Assembly: GCA_012026655.1 (NCBI GenBank)
Contig: JAAILG010000139.1
Location: forward strand, 62,001 to 126,000
DNA: 64,000 bases
Direction of reading: 5' to 3'
Source: Hydrolagus affinis
Taxonomy: Eukaryota
This document shows, in pieces, positions 11,888 through 25,800 of the stretch. The notes under the pieces were generated by a model. The model worked only from the letters and a program-made list of their open reading frames with translations. It was not told where the DNA came from and ran no database searches. The translations under genes and the position numbers were made by a program. Every line of letters starts with the position of its first letter. The stretch's first letter is position 1.

Positions 11888-14222
11888 AGTATTTTGGGAA
11901 ACATTGTTATGAGCAAATTAGCTGCTGTGCTTGCCTACAAAATATGGCACTTAATAACAGTAACCCGTGGAGCTGTTGTTTCAATATTTTGGCACAACCA
12001 ATACTTAGAGCATTATTAGCTGCAGAAGTAGTGTTCATACCAGAATTTTTAATGGGTGTCTCAGTGGACAGTGCCTTTCCATTATACTTTTATATTACAG
12101 AAACTGGGCGACTCAATAAGGAACTTCATTTCTCTATTGATTTAAGCCAATTCCATCACATTAGTATGGACTGAGAATGCACGCTGTTGTTAATTGAGGT
12201 ACTGTAAACAATACAGAATAAGCAAAAGGCGGCTGTGAAATGAGTTGATGAAACAAAACTCAACTGGAGAGTTGCAGGAAATAAAGACATAACTAGAGGC
12301 TAAATTTGATTGGGGTTTAACCAAATCTACTTTAGCGTTGTTTTGACAATATTTTATTGGAAACTACGGATCAGACTTAGTTAACAGTTAAATTCCAGGG
12401 ACAGGCAAGTGTAAGCTCCAGTTGCTAAAGGCTGTACCAGTACTGGAGGGGTTACACAATGCTATTAATTCTCAGTTGGCTTCTGTTGTCAGTATAGCAG
12501 CTACTTGAAGCAGAACAAAGGACGTACTCATACTCAGAGATCACCGGGCACACTGTGGTGGGTATGGCTCTGACATAGATGAAGTGTTTTACGGTCTTAT
12601 GGAATTAGTTGACCTGTTTATTTTGCACACCCCAGGGATTTTAAAAGGACATTCCCAAACACCCTTCTCCCCACAAATACATGTCCCATTGGTTCGAAGC
12701 TTTATAAAATCCAACATTTTTCTTATTAGAGAAAAATTTGGCAATACAGTGCAAATAAACATTGTCCTGTATGACATTAGTAGGCGAGAAAGATCAAGTG
12801 GGTCCCAAGCTCATCCATCACATTTTTCACTCTGGGTCTTGCTTTCTCATTGTATTCAGCTCCACTGAGAGTTGATTGAACAAATGCTGAATAGTGCCTG
12901 AACACATTGCATGCAAAATAAGTTCTATTTGGTCAGTTTTACAAATAAGAATAGTCAATAGGTACAAGAGTTTTCCTTCAAATATCAATGCATAATGCTA
13001 TTAAATCATTGCGATCTGATTAAGTCATGATCCAATCACTATCCAGGATTTATTTGCCAATGAGAAGAATTGACTGCAAATTTTAGTTGGACCTGGACAA
13101 AAAACAAGTATAACACGCCAAACCCAATGTATCGTCAGATAATCTATTTTCCTTCTCAACTCAAAAATGTAAAAGTAAGCATCAGCCACATTTAACATAT
13201 CAAACAACAATAAAATTATATTTGTAGAGCACCTTTCACGTCGGGAGGACACCCCGACACAACACACTTCGGTAAATGTTAATGATCAATAGTTATATTA
13301 GTTAATTATTTCAAGCACATAGGAAAATGGCTTTACCATTTACAAGAATGCAGCTATGGAGCTATTGAATTAGCTGTCCAAACATAAATCTATGGGCAAA
13401 AATATTAGAATCCATCCTTGCATTTGATACAGTGCATTTCATGTCAGGAAGAGGGTCTCAAAGCACTTCACATAATTTACTGCAAAGTGTAGTAACCGTG
13501 TACAGTATTTTGAAAATTATTACTCAATTTTTCTGAATGAAGGAAACATATCTTCCCCGGCCCCTCCAAAAAAAAATCTATTCTCCTTCAATAAAAAAGG
13601 TTTTAAGAAGTTTCCCTGATCGTGATCTATTTATCATCCAATTATTAAAACATCACCTTGCTCGTTGTATTTGAAAATCTGGGCATAAACAAAAGGATCT
13701 GATGTTTTCCAAATCAACATCTGGTAGCAATATTTTGAACCCTGCTGGGTAGAAAGGTTTCTTTTACCAAACGCCCTTGGGCAGTCTATGTGTGTGTGTG
13801 ATTTGCACTTTCCAGAATTGCCTGCCATGTTATCACCTCATAACTTCTATTAGCTCTTCAACTCTGCACCCCTGTAACAGCGAACGTGATATGAAATAAA
13901 GTAGCTGGAGTGAAAAATGTCAATTGGGAAAAAAAAAATCGCCTTTGTTCCATTGAATTCAATTATTCTCCCAGGTTTTGGTAGAATCTGCAATAACATC
14001 TTGATCTGCACTCCGATAACACAGAGTTTATAGGGTTGTCATTGCAATGGTGACATGGCCTTTTACAATATGCATGCACTGATGACACACTGTATATTTT
14101 TTAATTCACTTTATCAAGCCTTGACACTATTCTAAAAGAGAAAATGAAGCATTAATATTGACGTACAGTGTTGGTGATGTGGCCAATGTCATTGATGTGT
14201 TTATTTACATAAGCTGTGTACC

Positions 14223-14250
14223 TGTGTGTGTGTGTGTGTGTGCGCGCATG
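14223..14250. repeat. (TG)10 microsatellite continuing as CGCGCATG (28-bp alternating purine/pyrimidine tract)
   Basis: Read directly. Confidence 0.95.
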
Positions 14251-15017
14251 GTATATTTGGGCTGTACCTAATCTGATAGATATTGAGGCAATTTAGAAAG
14301 TTAGACATAATTACTGTTCTGTAAAGACTGTCACCGACTGAGCCAGGCAGACAGTAAATTCAAGGATAACACAAAATGAATGTTGGCCATCACGATAGGT
14401 AGAATGCATACATGGTAGATGATAAAGAAAATGGAATCGGCTTTCCATGCTTCTCAATATGAAGTGGAATAATGGACTGAAATGGATGTTTGAGGCCAAA
14501 ACAGAATATCATAAGAAAGCACACAAAACATTCCGTTAGACTGAACACATTGATTGCAAAGCACTTCCATCTATTCCACAAAGGAGATAGCAGTCTTCTG
14601 GTGTCTCAGGATTTACAGTACTGGTACTTAGTTCTTTAAGGCTGAATTCAACAATTTGCCGAACTCTGGGCACCTTAAATTAAACAAGAGTAAATCTAGA
14701 CCCAGGCAGTATTTCTCCCACAGATGTGCACGCAAATAATTTCTTTCTTCCGTGACTCCAGTGTTAATTGAGTAAAAGACAGAGTAACTGTTAAACAGAC
14801 TGGACAAATAGGGGGTACTGAGCTACAGCAGAACAAAGCTTTCTGACATTTCAAGCATCATAAATAATTGTATTCCATAGAAATTACCTTTAATCTCTGA
14901 CAATTACATTTCATCTGAGTGATGCTATAACTGATGATTTGGAATGTGAGAAGGGAGTAGGTCAGTGATAGTACAGATTAAGCATCTGGTTTGATCTGAT
15001 TCATGTTAATGCTATAC

Positions 15018-15332
15018 GGAGTCCTGTAGTTCAATGGTTGGAGCACCCACCTCGCAAGTGAGAAACCTGGGTTCGTTTCCTGGCAGGGCAAAATCTTGGG
15101 CAAGTTTCCTTATTCCACACGCCTCTGTTTACCAAGCAGTAAGTAGGAACCCAGTTGTTAGTCGATTGATGGATCACTTTTCTGGGAGTAATAATTCCTC
15201 CAATAAACAATAAAAAATGTTGGTCACTTCAATACACGACTGTTTGTGAGACACTGCTGTGCGCAATTCACTGCCACGTTTTGCCCACAAAATATACAGT
15301 CAATTCACTTTACAGCATATTCTGTGAAGCAC
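15018..15332 (+). mobile_element. tRNA-headed SINE, long form, lacking 3' tail
   Basis: GGAGTCCTGTAGTTCAATGGTTGGAGCAC..TTGGGCAAGTTTCCTTATTCCACACGCCTCTGTTTACCAAGCAGTAAGTAGGAACCCAGTTGTTAGTCG. Confidence 0.92.
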
Positions 15333-16917
15333 ATAATTAAATTTTACAATTATATTGCAAAAAAATGTGAAGACAGCATAATAGCACTTTACCAAAGCTA
15401 CCTAAGCAATGAAAGCACAATAAACCCCACTGAGATACATATTCTTTTTGGATCAACAGTTCAATTTACCTATTGTGTTTAGAAGTTGATCAGATATTGC
15501 ATGAGGAATATGCTTTATCCCTTGTTGATAAGTTACATAAACTACCTCGCTTGCACACAACGAATAAGATTAAACCTTGAGGCAAACACGGGCTTTCAAA
15601 CGTTATTGGTCGATTGGCGGATCACTTTTCCGAGGGCAATCATTCTTAACAATAATCGTGCACTCGATCCACGACTGTTTGTGGAACAAAGCTGTGCACA
15701 ATTGGCTGCTGTGTTCTGCCACAAACTATATAGTCACCCCACCTTCCAGTGTATTTGTGTGAGGTGCTTGGAGATGTCTCAAAGACTTGATAAGGCTCTA
15801 TTTCAGCACCTTAGGAAGTCCTCCCGACGTGAAAGGCACTCTATAAATGTCATTTTGTTGCTGTTGTGGTATATCAAATGCAAGAATTATTATTTTAATA
15901 TCATTACAGAATATCAAACGCAAGGAATCTCATTCTTATTTGAAAGACAGTCATCCAATTACCTCAGTACTTTTAATCTTGTGTACGGTGTCTTCAAATG
16001 ATCTCTTGCAGTAAATGTGCACACAATTCTCTGAAGAATTATGTCTGACAAACAAAACAATTTATTTGTCAAGAGTGGTATAATTGAACTTTTGGGCCAG
16101 TATTGCCTGAGTATATTTCGCAGTAAGATTCATCTGTTTGGCTGTGCTTCCTGCTTAAAACAAATCAAAATTTCCCTAAAGTGGCAAAGATCTGGCTTTT
16201 TTTTACTTCAGTCTGTCTACTTAGTATTCGCAATGTTTATTCACACAGGCAGTGCAGAAATGCAACCAACCGTGGACAAGAAATGTCACACTCGGGTTCA
16301 GCGTATTCAAACAGCTACAAATTGATGGGAAATTTTCGTTTTGCATTACAGTATTCAGAGCAGAAATAAATCCTATCTTCTGTAATGAATGAAAGCTGGG
16401 TATCCAGATACCAGTGCTTCATTCTCGGATTCAAAGTAAATTCTTGTTCTGTGAAGTTAGCAATAGATTATTCAGTATTATTGTTAATCGAGTAGTTAGT
16501 TCCAGTGGAGAAGCCAGTGGATGAACAACCTTTGCCCAGGCTATATTTTCTATGAGAAAGAAATTACTACCAGTCTTTCTGCGGAATATTCAAAGCCTCT
16601 TTTAGTCCTCCCACAGGACTCGAGTGTTTTGTTCGGAGACACTGATCCTATTATCGATTACACACAGGAGCACCATCACACAATACACAGAATCGTGGCG
16701 TGTTGAGCTTCAGATTCACCAAACTACCAATCTCAATTGAATTTCTAATGCAGAGGCATTGAGCAGAAGTCAGCTATCTCCTGCTGGTAAAGGAGAAGGG
16801 AGCATTAAACACATGTGGCTTAGCTACTCGTACAAATCTGCTGCTATTGGTAATGGGCTTGGGGCAGACTATTTTCTCTACATTGAACTCAAGAGATCCA
16901 AGCTCTCATTGTTAGCA

Positions 16918-17070
16918 TCATAGAATCCCAGAGCACAGAAGGAGGCCATTCGGCCCATCGTGCTTTTGCTGGTTCTTTGAAAGAGCTATCCAGTTAGTCC
17001 CCCTCCCTCGCTCTATCTGCATAGCCTTGCCATTTTGTTTCTTTTCCAGGCAATATCCAATTCCCTTTAA
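16918..17070 (-). mobile_element. CR1 3' end fragment
   Basis: CATAGAATCCCAGAGCACAGAAGGAGGCCATTCGGCCCATCG is the reverse complement of the CR1 tail seen at 4680. Confidence 0.85.
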
Positions 17071-17789
17071 CAAGGAACGAACATTGCGCAGATCAAGATG
17101 AAGTAACATTAGAGAACTAGACTGCCAGTGTAGCAGAGCCAGTGGACAAATAGGTGCAGAGATAACATACAGATGTAAACACACTGTGTGATTAAGATTT
17201 ACTGCTAAATTAGAGGAGGAGGAGGTGAGAGAGTATCTGCATGAACATAGGTGCATATCCAATCTTTCACTGTAATCTAAGATATCTGAAGATCCATTCT
17301 ACAAACACATGCTAGCTGTAAGCAGGAGCCTAGCTGTTAATCAATTGGTGGATCGCTTTTCTGGAAGGTAATAATTTATTTTTTAAAATAATAATAATAA
17401 ATTGGGCACTTCAATCCACGACTGTTTGTGGGACACAGCTGTGCACAATTGACTGCTGCGTTTCGCCCACAAATTATACAGTCAATTCACTTTACAGTAT
17501 ATTTTGTGAAACATTTTGAGATGTCTCAAAGACATGCTAAGTCGCTTTATCATTCTCATTCTCATTACCATCCTGGAACTCACTGCCCAGTACCATCGTG
17601 GGAGTACCATTGCCAAGAGGCGTTCAGCATTTAAAGAGAGAATGCCCCTTAACCTTCTTCCCAGAGTAACTACAAACTGATAATAAACCCTGGAAGAATA
17701 CCAGCATTACCCACATCCCGAGACAGGGAGAGAGAAAAACAAAATTTGCTTGGAGCACAATCTGACAAATTAAAAACCTGTAATGGTAA

Positions 17790-18030
17790 AACGTATCGAA
17801 GCGCTTCACCGCAATTACCGTTAATTGTAAGTATTTACAGTATATTTGTCAGTGCACACAGTAGCCAATTTTCACAGCGAGGACTCATACACAGTCAGCA
17901 GGTGAAAGATCAATTTATTTTGATGGATTGTTGGCCAGGACACTGGATTAAAATCTCTTTTCTATTTGAATAGTACCATGGGATCTGTAATATCCACCTG
18001 AACAGACAGACAGAAATAAATGCCTGTTCA
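17790..18030 (-). mobile_element. DeuSINE-like fragment
   Basis: TGTTGGCCAGGACACTGG..TTGAATAGTACCATGGGATCTGTAATATCCACCTGAACAGACAGAC. Confidence 0.75.
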
Positions 18031-19107
18031 TATTGATTGTGCAGTATTGTTTGGGATGAAATAAAAAGCCCTGTAGGGTTTTGAAAGCAGTAAATGTTGG
18101 GTTTCAAAATTGGTTATATTCACACTGACTCAACTCATTAGCTAAGATCCTCCATTGATATTTATTCGCAATAGGTGTAGCGCTAGGTTACGAAGGCAAC
18201 TTCATTTTTCAAATCAATAGCGAGGAAGTTAAAGGCTGTTACATTATTTTGGAGGCATTTAATATCTGCACATGTGTGTGTGTTACACACAGGTTATACA
18301 AACCTATTTTAGTATAAGAGACATATTCAATATCACTAAGGACCTCTAGTTGCTGGCAGTGAAATAAATCAATTGAGATTTGAACTAATATCTATTGGTT
18401 CCAATATCCAGTACCATGACAACAGAGCAATATACTATAATATCTAAATTCTCAAAGGCAGTATTCTGCCTATTCAGTCATGTACATCCAGCATTTGCTC
18501 ATACAGACACCTGCACACAAACCCACAGCAATAGTCAGCAAGGATTATTAGATGAAGGACGTCCAGATCAGTTTCTGCCACGTTAATAGATTAATGCATA
18601 TTTCTATAAATGCAATTTAAATCTAACATTAGTTCACTTTGCAAAAAGAAATAATGATTTTAATTGAATTTTCCGGCAGAAGTATGACCATTCCAACTGC
18701 AATGATAAGATATTAAAATTGTACAATCATTATGCTTATGGCAGGTTGTATCAGATTCTTTTCAGTTAATTAATTGAAATTCCATCTACACTGGTCGTTT
18801 CTGAGAGCTGGATTGCTCTTCAAAGGCAAACTAAATTTCTGCTGCTTTGCTGTGCTCATGGAAATGGACGGGATCTTAAATAAATCCAACAACAACAAAA
18901 TTACATTTATATAGAGCCTTTCACGTCAGGGGGATATTTTGCAGTTACTATATTCCTAAAAAGATGCATATACAGATGTTCATCCGTAACATGTTTCGCC
19001 CACAAAGTATAGTCAATTCACTTTACAGTGTAGTCTGTGAAGCGCTTTGAGACATCTGGAACACATGATAAGGTGTTGTATCAAATGCAAGGATTATTAT
19101 TATTATT

Positions 19108-19425
19108 CCCTGCTTGCAAACTCTTTTCAAATAGTGCCACGGGATTTTGAACATCCATTTGACAGGCAGATGGGTCCTTGGTTTAATGTCTCATTCAGTA
19201 GATGGTGCCTTCATCCACAACAACAACAACTTGCACTTTTATTGCGCTCTCCACGCCGGGTGGCGTCTCAGAGCGCTTAACAGTGGCGGAGCCTATCAGG
19301 GCCGCCATTCCCCAGGGTTGCACTGGAGTACCTGCTTGACTATGAGCTGAAAGTCACAGGGAGGAGGCTTGAATCCACAATATTTTGACTCCCGAGACTC
19401 GAGTGCTGCTAACTGAGCTAGGATC
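19108..19425 (-). mobile_element. DeuSINE-like 5' half interrupted by an L2 tail (~19217-19305, minus)
   Basis: CAAATAGTGCCACGGGAT..GGTTTAATGTCTCATTC, then (AAC)n TTGCACTTTTATTGCGCTCTCCACGCCGGGTGGCGTCTC, then GCACTGGAGT..GAGTGCTGCTAACTGAGCTAGG. Confidence 0.75.
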
Positions 19426-21247
19426 GCTAATAATCTTCTACCATTTAAATACCTTATAGGCTACCATAAAGGGCTTCTCTCTGTTTTACCTCCTATTTAC
19501 TGAAGTTGTGATGCACTTTTACACTGATGTAAAATTCCAGCAACGCTACTTTTTCAGCGCCTTAGGACGTCCACCCGATGTGAAAGGCGCTCTAGAAGTG
19601 TAATTTTGTTGTGGTTTTTTATCGGTGGGTCCCATTCTTTTGCTACATGATGCTTATCCACAGCTCTACACAAGTGTTACAGGTGTACACCAATCATGTT
19701 CCATGACAGAATGACGTGAGGAAAGATTTGATTTAACTTTACAAATTTCGAGAAAAAAAGGCAAGGCGATATCACCATAAATCGCAGAGTGTAACCCATG
19801 TCGTTGAAATTTCATTCATATTTATTAGGGCTGTGTTAAAGTTGTGAATCCTGTTCTGATCTAAAAAAGAACATATTTGAATTCATTAAATATTCATACC
19901 TTCAGATCAAAATGTCAGAATTACAGTTTTGTACGAATCACTTATGTTCAAATGTAGAAAAAGCATAACATGCAAGAAGATAAATATTCTTTGATAGGAT
20001 ACAGTAATATGCAAATCTTTCCTCCACTCCATCCCTATTTTATGAAGACGCGGAAACTGTTTCCCCCTGACTCACTCCCTTACTATGCAATAAAGCTCAA
20101 ACAAATGAATTTACTGGAAGCAATAACTAAATTGGTGGGCTGCCGGTGGGCACTGGACTAGGGTAAAACCTTAGGCAAGTTTGTTACTCTACTCACCTTG
20201 TAAATCGCCACCTGCTTGATAGTCAATTGGTGGATCACTTTCTTGGGGGTGATAATCCCATTTTATTCACTCACTCAATCCAAGACTGTTTGTGGCACAC
20301 TACTTTGTGCAATTGGCTGGCAACTGCCTTTCCACCACAAAATATACAGCCAATTCACTTTACGGTTATATTCTTTAAAAGCACTTGGAGACATCTCAAC
20401 GATGTGATAAGGCGCTATATCAAATGCAAGGATTATTTTTTATTATTATTATGATATTATTATGATTTACTGGGATTTTCAGAAAGTCTGAAGGTCTATA
20501 TTTGAGACCTGTAAAAAGATGTTTCAGATTAATGGGAACTACGGTCACCTTTGCTAAAATAGCCATTGTAGTGATTTCCCAATAGAACATTCCCTTTCTT
20601 CCACCAAGGAATCCCCTTGATAACCAAATGTGTATTATTTGTGCCACTGCTTGTGTTCAGTACAAGTTCATTGCCTCTGTTGCTTTTAGCTTCTTAAGGA
20701 GCAGCCACTAACAAATCTATAATAAAGGATCTCCTCCAGTGCTAATGTGCACTAGTACAGCTAGTCCACATCCAGATTTCATCACTGTGCTCCCGGTCGA
20801 TGGTTCATTCAATGGCATAGCAAAGGCCAGACAAACAACAGTGAGTGAATCTGATTTACTACATTGCTTCAGGGCAAGTAAGGTAAATCATGCATCGCTG
20901 AAGTTTTTGTTTCGTCATTCAGGTATTCTGATACAAACAGAAACTCATCACGGTGAGCATCTGATCCAACTGAGAGTCAACATGTAACCCACCTACATGT
21001 GAAGATTCCTGTGTATTAGAATGCGAGAGACGCATGCTGCTTACCTAATTAACACATATTCCGGGACCCAACGCCTCACCAAATAAATATCCAGTCAATT
21101 CACTTTACAGTATATTCTGTGAAGTGCCTTGAGATGTCTAGAAGACGTGAAAAGCGCTTTATCAAATGCAAGGATTATTATTATTATTATTATTATGAAG
21201 AGCATTAAGCGCAAGATGGCCAAGGCTTTGGATCCCTCACAGAATAT

Positions 21248-21552
21248 GGAGTCCTGTAGCTCAGTGGTTAGAGCCTTGCAAGCGAGACACCTGGATTTGA
21301 TTCCTGGCAGGGTGAGACTCTGGGCAAGTTTCCTTACTCCACATGCCTGATAATAATCTCTCAAGAAAAATAAATAAATTTGCTCACTCAATCCACAACT
21401 GTTTGTGGGGACATTGCTGTGCACAATTGGCTGCCGCGCTTCCCCCACAAATATAGTCAATTCACTTTACAGTATATTCTGTAAAGTGCTTTGAGATGTC
21501 TATAAGATGCGAAAAGCGCTATATCAAATGCAAGAATTATTATTATTATAAT
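21248..21552 (+). mobile_element. Full-length tRNA-headed SINE, short form
   Basis: GGAGTCCTGTAGCTCAGTGGTTAGAGC head through (ATT)n tail. Confidence 0.95.
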
Positions 21553-21559
21553 ACCGTGA

Positions 21560-21720
21560 GCTGAATTGATGGAGATAGATAAATATTTGTTAGGTCAGGG
21601 TATTAAGGGATATGGAGCAAGGGCGGATAACTGGACTTGAGGTACAGATCAGCCATGATCTTATAAAATGATGGCTCAGCCTCAAGAGCCTGAATAAACT
21701 ACTCCTGTTTCTATGTCTAT
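21560..21720 (+). mobile_element. CR1 3' end of a second subfamily
   Basis: GAGATAGATAAATATTTG..AAGGGATATGGAG..GATCAGCCATGATCTTA..CTACTCCTGTTTCTATGT. Confidence 0.75.
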
Positions 21721-23342
21721 ATATCTATGTATAGCTGTAAGAAGCTAAGTACTTTCTCCAAAAGGGATGGCTGAGATCAGGATATTGGACTCATTTTTTT
21801 TTTTAAAAACTGATGGGAGGTCAGCCTTATGGGTATTCTGGAAGGATCGTATAAGTTGTTGATGAGATCAGACTCTTCGAAGAGACTTCTTCATCCAAAC
21901 TAATCTTGAGTTCTCGGTAACATGCAAGTGGCAACACTGAAGTAAGCTAGTGGGGGATACAGATAAAGGAAACTCGCCGTACGATTTTGCAGAATAAAAA
22001 TTAACCAAGAAGTGAGAATGGAAAAATCGCAGCAAATAGGTGAGATTTGACATGACATGATGTGATGCAGTTTCTGGATTGACACTGATGTTGAATTAGC
22101 TACATCTCGCAAAATATGAAACAAGTTTGAATGTGTGCAAAAGTCCAGAAGCTTTTAAATCTTCAAAAGAACTGCATTAGCAATCCCCAAGTATAATGGC
22201 TTTTACCATGTACAAAACTGAAGCACTCAAATGTGCTGCGGAAATAACATTGGATTCAAACACAGAGGAATAGAAATGTATCCAGAAATATATCCATCTC
22301 TAAGAGTCAGTGACACTCATTAGGAATTTGTTTAAAGTATGTATCATCGCTGTGAACCATCTCAGCTGAAAGCCATGAACAAAAAGTAAAATTCATAGCC
22401 TGACAGAAGAATTCTCTGATTCTATTCCGCAAATCATTGAAACATTCTGCTGCCCCTGATGCTTTTAAAGCACTCCGAACCACTCCACTGTGTGAAGGGC
22501 ACTGTATAAATGCAAGTTGTTGTTGTGTATTTAGTTTCTCTCGTCATTTTCGTACCCCTCGTTCAGCCTGCCTTGACGTCATGAGTTCCTAGGCGGCAGC
22601 TGTGAATTAAGTCGCTGTTTCCAAATTGGGAGAACGAAGCTGGTGTGAAGAGGAACGTGGGTGTCAAGATTCGTTGAGGGAAAGAGGGTCCAGATCAGAG
22701 TCAAGGATGTACCTTTAAAGTGGAATGATTCAGAAGATTCAAACGGAGGTGGAGTGGGGAGGAACACACACAAGCGCCAAGCCAGCAATGAAAGAAAATG
22801 TGTCAGAATTGGTTCAATCGTGGCGCCTGAACATGTCTCGGGAACACGTTGGTTCCTTCGTAGCGTTGGGTGCTGCCTTATCAGCGGATCCGAAACCCTC
22901 AATTCCTTTTGATTTCTAAAGCACCGAAGCAACGATCCCCTGCACTCCAACGTACACATGTTTTTATGAAGTTGAAAGCTCGCAGGGTCATACCTTGTGA
23001 GCGGTTTGCCGTGGCTGTGCTTTGTGTATGCAGGAAGTGTAGACATAATATCCCACTGCATCAATCACCGCAGCATAACAAAGCAAAGTGATTGTTTTCC
23101 TGAGGAATTTGATGATGCAGTGATAAAAAAATACTGCATAGCCACCAATGGCAAGGGATATGGTCTGTGGGCTGCATGCTTAAAGAGCTCATCAATCATT
23201 GCAATGGTGGGGGTGGGGAAATGGAGACATACGTGTCTACGTACAATCCTGGTTAACTTCACTGTTCTCTGATTTTTATAACAGAATAAAAATATGATGG
23301 ATGTGAAAGCGGACAATTAATAATGAACTGTCAGTTTGACTG

Positions 23343-23413
23343 ATATATATACAAATATATTTAATATATACAAGATATATATAAGGTAAATCTATATATA
23401 TATAGATATATAT
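23343..23413. repeat. Low-complexity (TA)-rich tract
   Basis: Interrupted TA dinucleotide runs read directly. Confidence 0.8.
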
Positions 23414-24049
23414 TTCTGTAGACTTTGCTGTTAAGTAGCAATGAGGCATTTACCTGTAGCTATATTTTTTCACAAGCTTTGATTTCTGCAGGTGCTGATT
23501 GTCCACTGCAAATGCATTTGATGATATTCATTGTTGCTCACACGCACCATTAACTGTAACCGAGCGTTCACACGCTCAGAGAATGTAGCTGGCAGTTAGT
23601 AGCACCCTGGAACGCAAGGTTTCCATCTTTGTGTGAGCTTAAAGTCCTGATGTCGGAAAGTTTTACCAACTGAGCCAGGCTGACACCTGACCATGGCTGT
23701 TCGTCCGAAGGCAAACAACCTTACTCGTGTTAATTAATGTGCAACATATGTCTCTAGAAGTTCACATAGATGTGTCTAATCCCTGTGTTATTTTAAGGGC
23801 TCTGTGCCCGATTGCTCTGGTTTTCCCAGATCTCCACGCCCCCCACCCCTCCACCCCCAATAATTGAACAGGGCATTTTGGTATGTTTAATGTGAAAGGA
23901 GCTATACTGATGCAAATTGATGTTGAGGACTGAGGATGTCCAACTGATAATACAGTGGAACTCATTGGTTCCATCCAGTGGATTGGAAGTTAGCATGGAA
24001 ATTCAGCACAAGTCAATAATGGATTACAACCTGAAATTTACGAATCATA

Positions 24050-24283
24050 CATTTGTGGGAACCAGTCTTCATCTCGCGTTCTCCTTCGCCTCCATCGAGA
24101 ACCTTCTCAAGACCTTCGTCTTCAACCGCATATTCAGTCACCCACCCCCCTACACCCACCCACCGTGCCCTCCACCTCTCCTGATTCCAACCCCCAGCTC
24201 AGGTGCACAACCTTGACCGTTTGGCACTTTGGGAAGTTGTCCTGACATGAAAGGCACTATACAAATGTAATTTGTTCTTGCTG
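24050..24283 (+). mobile_element. L2 LINE 3' end
   Basis: CCTTCTCAAGACCTTCGTCTTC, C-rich UTR, CCTGACATGAAAGGCACTATACAAATGTAATTTGTT; same structure as 5135-5376. Confidence 0.8.
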
Positions 24284-25059
24284 TCAAAGACATAAAAGAA
24301 GGGGAAGGATTGTTTTCCTCTGCAAAGCAAATACTCTTTCTTTGCTCATCAGATAGTCAAGCAAAGATATTTGGTACATTACAGGCAATACACTATAATT
24401 ATGTATCTAACTTGAATAATAATTAATTGGCTATTTAGTCATCAATAAATAGCAATTGCAAATTGTTCTATTCACCTCTGCTCACAGTTAACCCCAAAAC
24501 TCGTAAAAGATTTTAGGGAAATGTTTTAGGCGAATCTATACCTTGACTGCTGCCACTTTAAGGAGACCAAGGAACAGGTTAGAAATGACAGTGACATGTT
24601 ATTACACTTGTCTCATTTCATTCACGTCTACAAATGACATTTACTGTCAGTTAGAACAAAACAAATCCTTCAGTCTTTACAACGTGTGGTAACTCGCCCT
24701 TCTTCTTATTGATACAACATTCAACTGTGAGCTGCAGACGAGTGCAAAAGTACTAAAAACCCAAACTAATGACCACCAAGGGCTGAAGATGAGATTGTGA
24801 TAAATTGTTAGTTTCCATCCCTAAGTTCTGGTGTTAATTGCTCTTCGATTATTTCGGGTAGTTTCACCAATGGAGAGCGGAAAATTAAGTAGCACCAGAA
24901 TTATCTCAAAATTTCGTAATTGTAACCATTGGATTACATCCCGCAAAACATTAATTGTAATAGAAAACTGGACTATATCTACAATTTCAAATGTGATCGG
25001 TGTTTCCATCCAATATGAACTCAGATTAGTCTAGGCAGATATTGTAATACAGGACATTG

Positions 25060-25290
25060 TGTTGTTAAAGAAACTGGCCTTCAGATGAGACGGTAAACTG
25101 AGGATCCGTCTGTCAGTTCAGCTGGACTTTAATAATACCGTATGACTACTTGTACAGAGAAGGGAGTTTCTCCCGATGTTCTGGCAAACAATCCCAGGAT
25201 AAAGTTGTTCATTCACTTAATGGCAATATTCATGGAATATCGCTGAGCCCAAATTAGCTACGGCATTCGCCTGCAAAATGCAGTCACTAT
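25060..25290 (+). mobile_element. DeuSINE-like fragment containing the Deu domain
   Basis: CCTTCAGATGAGACGGTAAACTGAGGATCCGTCTG..GGGAGTTTCTCCCGATGTTCTGGCAAACAATCCC. Confidence 0.75.
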
Positions 25291-25299
25291 GTTTTATCA

Positions 25300-25800
25300 A
25301 TCAAATCAAAACTTACATTTATATTAGCGCCTTTCACATCGAGAGGACGTCCCAAGGCGCTGTACAGTAAGGTAAGGACAAGAACGGGGGGGAGAGGTCG
25401 GGGCAGGATNNNNNNNNNNNNNNNNNNNNNNNNNNNNNNNNNNNNNNNNNNNNNNNNNNNNNNNNNNNNNNNNNNNNNNNNNNNNNNNNNNNNNNNNNNN
25501 NNNNNNNNNGTCAAGGAAGTGGGATTAGGGGAAAAAGGGGGAAAAGATGGTAAGGGGAGGGGTCAGGGTAGAGGGAAGGAGAGCATGAAAATCAACTGTA
25601 TATTTGTGGGCGAAACGTGGCAGCCAAATTGCCTCACAGCAGTGTCCCACAAACAGTCACGGAAATGGGGCAAGGGGAGAAAGGGGGAAAAGAGGGTAAG
25701 GGGGGAGAGGGAGGGAAAGGTGGGTGGGGTGCAGTAAGGTCAGGGAGGAAGAGGAGGGAGAAAGTGGAGTAAGGGAGAGAGGGAGGGAAAGGTAGGTGAG
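25300..25800 (-). mobile_element. L2 3' end and purine/G-rich low-complexity sequence spanning a gap, with an embedded SINE fragment (~25590-25662)
   Basis: TTACATTTATATTAGCGCCTTTCACATCGAGAGGACGTCCCAAGGCGCTGTACAG followed by GGG/AGG-rich runs. Confidence 0.7.
25410..25509. other. Assembly gap (100 N)
   Basis: Run of exactly 100 n. Confidence 1.

Noticed and set aside
14905-14962. miR-1/206-like seed TGGAATGT with a partly complementary upstream stretch
   Set aside because: The rest of the mature sequence and the precursor arm do not match miR-1 or miR-206
15486-16001. 171-codon ORF, the longest in the window
   Set aside because: Largely a read-through of SINE body plus an L2 tail; no protein features
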